DNA of 40,647 nucleotides from Deltaproteobacteria bacterium (GTDB lineage: Bacteria > Desulfobacterota > Desulfobacteria > Desulfobacterales > UBA11574). Positions 37,930 through 40,647 of the stretch are shown here, one piece after another. The stretch's first letter is position 1, and each line of letters begins with the position of its first letter. The notes beneath the pieces were generated by a model, which searched no databases, was not told the origin of the DNA, and saw nothing but the letters and a program-made list of their open reading frames with translations. The position numbers and the translations under genes were made by a program. The stretch spans positions 1 through 40,647 of the forward strand of contig JAFDEW010000006.1 in assembly GCA_019310125.1 (NCBI GenBank), written 5' to 3'.

Positions 37930-38760
37930 TTATAGTTTGGTAAAGCCTCCGTGATGGCCCTGCAATAGAAAGTTAACCCCAAAAAAAGTAAATAAAATCA
38001 CGACAAAACCGATGATCGCCATAATTGCCGCCCTGCGCCCCCGCCATCCCACAGTGAGGCGCTGGTGGAGCAAGGCCGCATACAACAGCCAGGTGATTCC
38101 TGACCAGACCTCTTTGGGATCCCAGCTCCAGAACCGGCCCCAAACCGATTTGGCGTAGATGAAACCGGTGATCAGTCCCAACGTAAGCATGGTGAATCCG
38201 GTAACAATGCATGCATATCCGGTGGTATCGAGAAGATCTAAAGACGGAAGGCGTTTGAAAAAAAATCCATGAGTTTTGGATTTTATCGTGTGTTCCTGCA
38301 CAAGATACAACACTCCCACCCCGCAGGCCAGAGCAAATGACGCCTCGCCGATAAAGATGGTAATAACATGAGCCACAAGCCATACACTATTTAAGATAGT
38401 GTCGGCCGGATGGGGTGCGCTCGGTAATTGGGCGGCGATGATCATTATCAGGGTGACCAGTGGAGCGGCAAATATGCCCAGAATCTTAAGATGGAACCGA
38501 AAGTGAAAGATCAGAAAAACACCGGCAATGGTCCAGCCTGCCATGGACAGGGTTTGGTGAAGATTATTTACGGGAAAATTCCCGGATTGAACAAACCCAT
38601 AGCCGAGCCATGCCGTATGACATAAAAAGCCGGCTGAAATCAGGTGAATCCCGATCTTTTCAAGGTAATCTTTCTGCAGGAAAAGATAGGCCACGTATCC
38701 TGCCGTGCTCAGCATGTAGAAAAAAATGGTTATACCTATCAAAATTTCCACGGATGGCAC
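37930..38760 (-). CDS. ccsA: Cytochrome c assembly protein, CcsA/ResC/HemX-like heme-handling membrane protein
   Basis: It is polytopic and carries the Trp-rich motif WGRFWSWDPKEVWS. The start codon is GTG and directly abuts the sirC stop. Confidence 0.8.
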   Translation of the reverse strand: MPSVEILIGITIFFYMLSTAGYVAYLFLQKDYLEKIGIHLISAGFLCHTAWLGYGFVQSGNFPVNNLHQTLSMAGWTIAGVFLIFHFRFHLKILGIFAAPLVTLIMIIAAQLPSAPHPADTILNSVWLVAHVITIFIGEASFALACGVGVLYLVQEHTIKSKTHGFFFKRLPSLDLLDTTGYACIVTGFTMLTLGLITGFIYAKSVWGRFWSWDPKEVWSGITWLLYAALLHQRLTVGWRGRRAAIMAIIGFVVILFTFFGVNFLLQGHHGGFTKL

Positions 38761-39453
38761 CTATGCGTCTTTCAAAACCGGGTTGGATGTGGGTGGGTTT
38801 GCCATTAATTCGTCAAATAGATACCCCTCACCAAGAATTTCAAAAAGCAAGGAGTTAATCGCTGCAATATCGCCCTGTTTTATCAGGTTAACCACGTCCC
38901 GTTTGATCAAGTTTTCAAAAAGATGCTTATGCGCCTCGGGTTCGTGATCTTCGCTTAACAGTTTGGTGCGGATGCCGCCCATAAGCGTCAGAAATTCGGC
39001 ATATTCGGTTCCGAATTTTTTTTCGAGATCTTTTCGCATTTTTTTTGCAAACGCAGGACTTTTGCCGGAAGTGGATATGGCGATGATCAAATCTCCCCGG
39101 TTTACAATGGCCGGGAGAATAAAATTACAAACTTCGGGGCGATCCGCGATATTGCACAGCATACCGAGCCGTTCCGCTTCGGTATGAATCTGTCGGTTCA
39201 ATTCCGGGTTGTCTGTTGCGCCGATGACCAGAAACATTTGATCAAGATCTGTGGGCTTGAACCCCCTTCTTTCTAATTTCATTAAGCCCTTATTTGAAAG
39301 CTCTTCTATCTTTTCGGTAACCGCCGGACTGACAACCACCACCATTGCACCACAGTCCAGCAGGGTCATTACCTTTCGGGTGCCCACATCACCCCCACCC
39401 ACCACCAGACAGTTTCGATTTCGGATATCAAGATTGACCGGATAGTATCTCAT
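38761..39453 (-). CDS. sirC: Precorrin-2 dehydrogenase / sirohydrochlorin ferrochelatase (siroheme synthase N-terminal type)
   Basis: YPVNLDIRNRNCLVVGGGDVGTRKV is the Rossmann motif. The roughly 230-aa length fits SirC/CysG-N. Confidence 0.85.
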   Translation of the reverse strand: MRYYPVNLDIRNRNCLVVGGGDVGTRKVMTLLDCGAMVVVVSPAVTEKIEELSNKGLMKLERRGFKPTDLDQMFLVIGATDNPELNRQIHTEAERLGMLCNIADRPEVCNFILPAIVNRGDLIIAISTSGKSPAFAKKMRKDLEKKFGTEYAEFLTLMGGIRTKLLSEDHEPEAHKHLFENLIKRDVVNLIKQGDIAAINSLLFEILGEGYLFDELMANPPTSNPVLKDA

Positions 39454-39738
39454 GGACCCTCAAAACAAACCCCATAACCGTTGCCGGAAGGGGGCCAAAA
39501 CATAAAAGCTATTGTCAGAAAAAGCACAAAACTCAAAATTGAGTAACTCGTAAAAAGTTAATAAATCCAAATAACATGTTCACATCAAAATAGCCATCCC
39601 AATCAAAAAATCAAGCCATATACATTACTTTTATTGTAATATCAATCCATTGTCTTGCCCAGTTCCCGGTGTAAATCAAAACCGTTGGTAAACGCTAATC
39701 CTTGTCTTGTCTATTGACAAACCGTGGTTCCGATGTCG

Positions 39739-39794
39739 GGTGTCAGGTTTCAGCTCTTCAAGTTTCTCAACCCTGACACCTGAAACCTGACACC
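39739..39794. other. 15-bp perfect inverted repeat with a duplicated right half-site, followed by TTTT on the + strand
   Basis: The arms are ggtgtcaggtttcag (39739-39753) and ctgaaacctgacacc (39780-39794). cctgacacc also occurs at 39772-39780, which gives an alternative pairing partner. Confidence 0.6.
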
Positions 39795-39940
39795 TTTTCC
39801 CCAAAGCTAAATACGTAGCGCAGACAAACATGGATTTTCATATTGCCAACAGCCGTGATTCACACCCCCCAGTTCCCGGACCTGTAATGATACGTTTATC
39901 CGAACACGCGGGGGGATACGTTTTTGACCGTTATGCCGTG

Positions 39941-40647
39941 TTATTCTTTTTTGTCCTTGGGATAAATAATCAGCCGATCTCCCGGATGGATCGGCTCATT
40001 CAAGTCAATACGGTTCCAGATAATAAGCACATTCAGGGGTACATCGAACTTCTCGGCAATAGAGGATAAATTGTCCCCCTCTTTAATGACATAGATCCGA
40101 TCGGTTTTGTCTGCCTGGTACGCCGTAACCAGTTTTTTATACCGCGAATCAAACTCTTTTTTCGCCCCTTTGGGAATGAGAAGTGTATGGGTGCCTTCGG
40201 CAAGATAATGTCCCCGAATTTCGGGATTAAGATCCTTGATGGCTTTAAAATCCGTTCCCGAAGCCTTTGCGATCAGGCTGATGGGAATTTCCCGGAAACA
40301 ATCCATGGTGATCCGGTCGAATTCAACGGCCGGATAATACTCATCATCCGTGAGATTAAATCCGAATTTAACCGGATCTAAAACAATCAGCTTGACCGAA
40401 AGAATACGAAATATGAATCGCTGGGTTTCCAGGGGCAGGTAGAGCCGGTAATAATCGCGGGTGTGCTGCACCATAATTTCAGCAGTTAGCCCTTCTTCAC
40501 CCATATTATACGCGGCCGCGGCAAGGGTCCAGTATCCCATGGATTGGTATAGCGTCTTAAAATACGTTATGGCAGCCCGGGTGGAGGCAAATAAGTTGCG
40601 CCGTTCATCGATATTTTTGTCTATTATCAGCCCGTTCTTTCGGCCCG
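39941..40647 (-). CDS. mltD: Membrane-bound lytic murein transglycosylase (SLT domain) with a C-terminal LysM domain; 5' end lies outside the window
   Basis: The frame stays open to the window edge (…DERRNLFASTRAAITYFKTLYQSMGYWTLAAAAYNMGEEGL). The LysM domain is YVIKEGDNLSSIAEKFDVPLNVLIIWN. Confidence 0.72.
   Translation of the reverse strand, partial: GRKNGLIIDKNIDERRNLFASTRAAITYFKTLYQSMGYWTLAAAAYNMGEEGLTAEIMVQHTRDYYRLYLPLETQRFIFRILSVKLIVLDPVKFGFNLTDDEYYPAVEFDRITMDCFREIPISLIAKASGTDFKAIKDLNPEIRGHYLAEGTHTLLIPKGAKKEFDSRYKKLVTAYQADKTDRIYVIKEGDNLSSIAEKFDVPLNVLIIWNRIDLNEPIHPGDRLIIYPKDKKE

Overview
This 40.6-kb window is chromosomal core DNA from a Gram-negative bacterium. BamD, an MltD-like transglycosylase, the sirC-ccsA-hemA cluster and DUF3786 suggest a Desulfobacterota (deltaproteobacterial sulfate-reducer) relative, but that is inference only. 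I support about 38 protein genes, one tRNA-Leu(CAA), and one small ribosomal gene (rpmH) that the >=60-aa ORF track misses.

The content is mostly housekeeping:
- Replication: dnaN, gyrB.
- Translation: asnS, proS, rpmB, rpmH.
- RNA processing: rng, rnc, trpH (RNase AM-like PHP protein).
- Stringent response and redox: relA/spoT, dksA/traR-like, trxA, trxB.
- Metabolism: ispG, hemA, sirC, ccsA, ybdL, yafV, fabD.
- Envelope: bamD, htrA, an MltD-like gene.

I found no CRISPR array, transposase, prophage or recognisable defence island. No single cluster looks like a clear new system.

Items worth a second look, in rough order of interest:
1. A 1150-aa fusion of an EndoQ-type PHP endonuclease to a UvrD/PcrA-type helicase. 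It ends in a beta-clamp-binding-like pentapeptide (QLKLF) and is transcribed divergently from dnaN.
2. A 144-bp hairpin (MITE/REP-like) repeat family with two full copies and one partial copy. Its terminal-repeat core also appears as isolated palindromes.
3. fabD is broken by a perfect 23-bp tandem duplication.
4. rng carries a 3' frameshift.
5. An extremely AT-rich, palindrome-bearing 0.5-kb region lies upstream of dnaN, with no dnaA and no recF.
6. A cpYpsA(SLOG)-LMW phosphatase-NupC operon.
7. Two uncharacterised radical-SAM enzymes, each sitting next to a ribonuclease.

All family assignments rest on motifs I read by eye. No database search was run.
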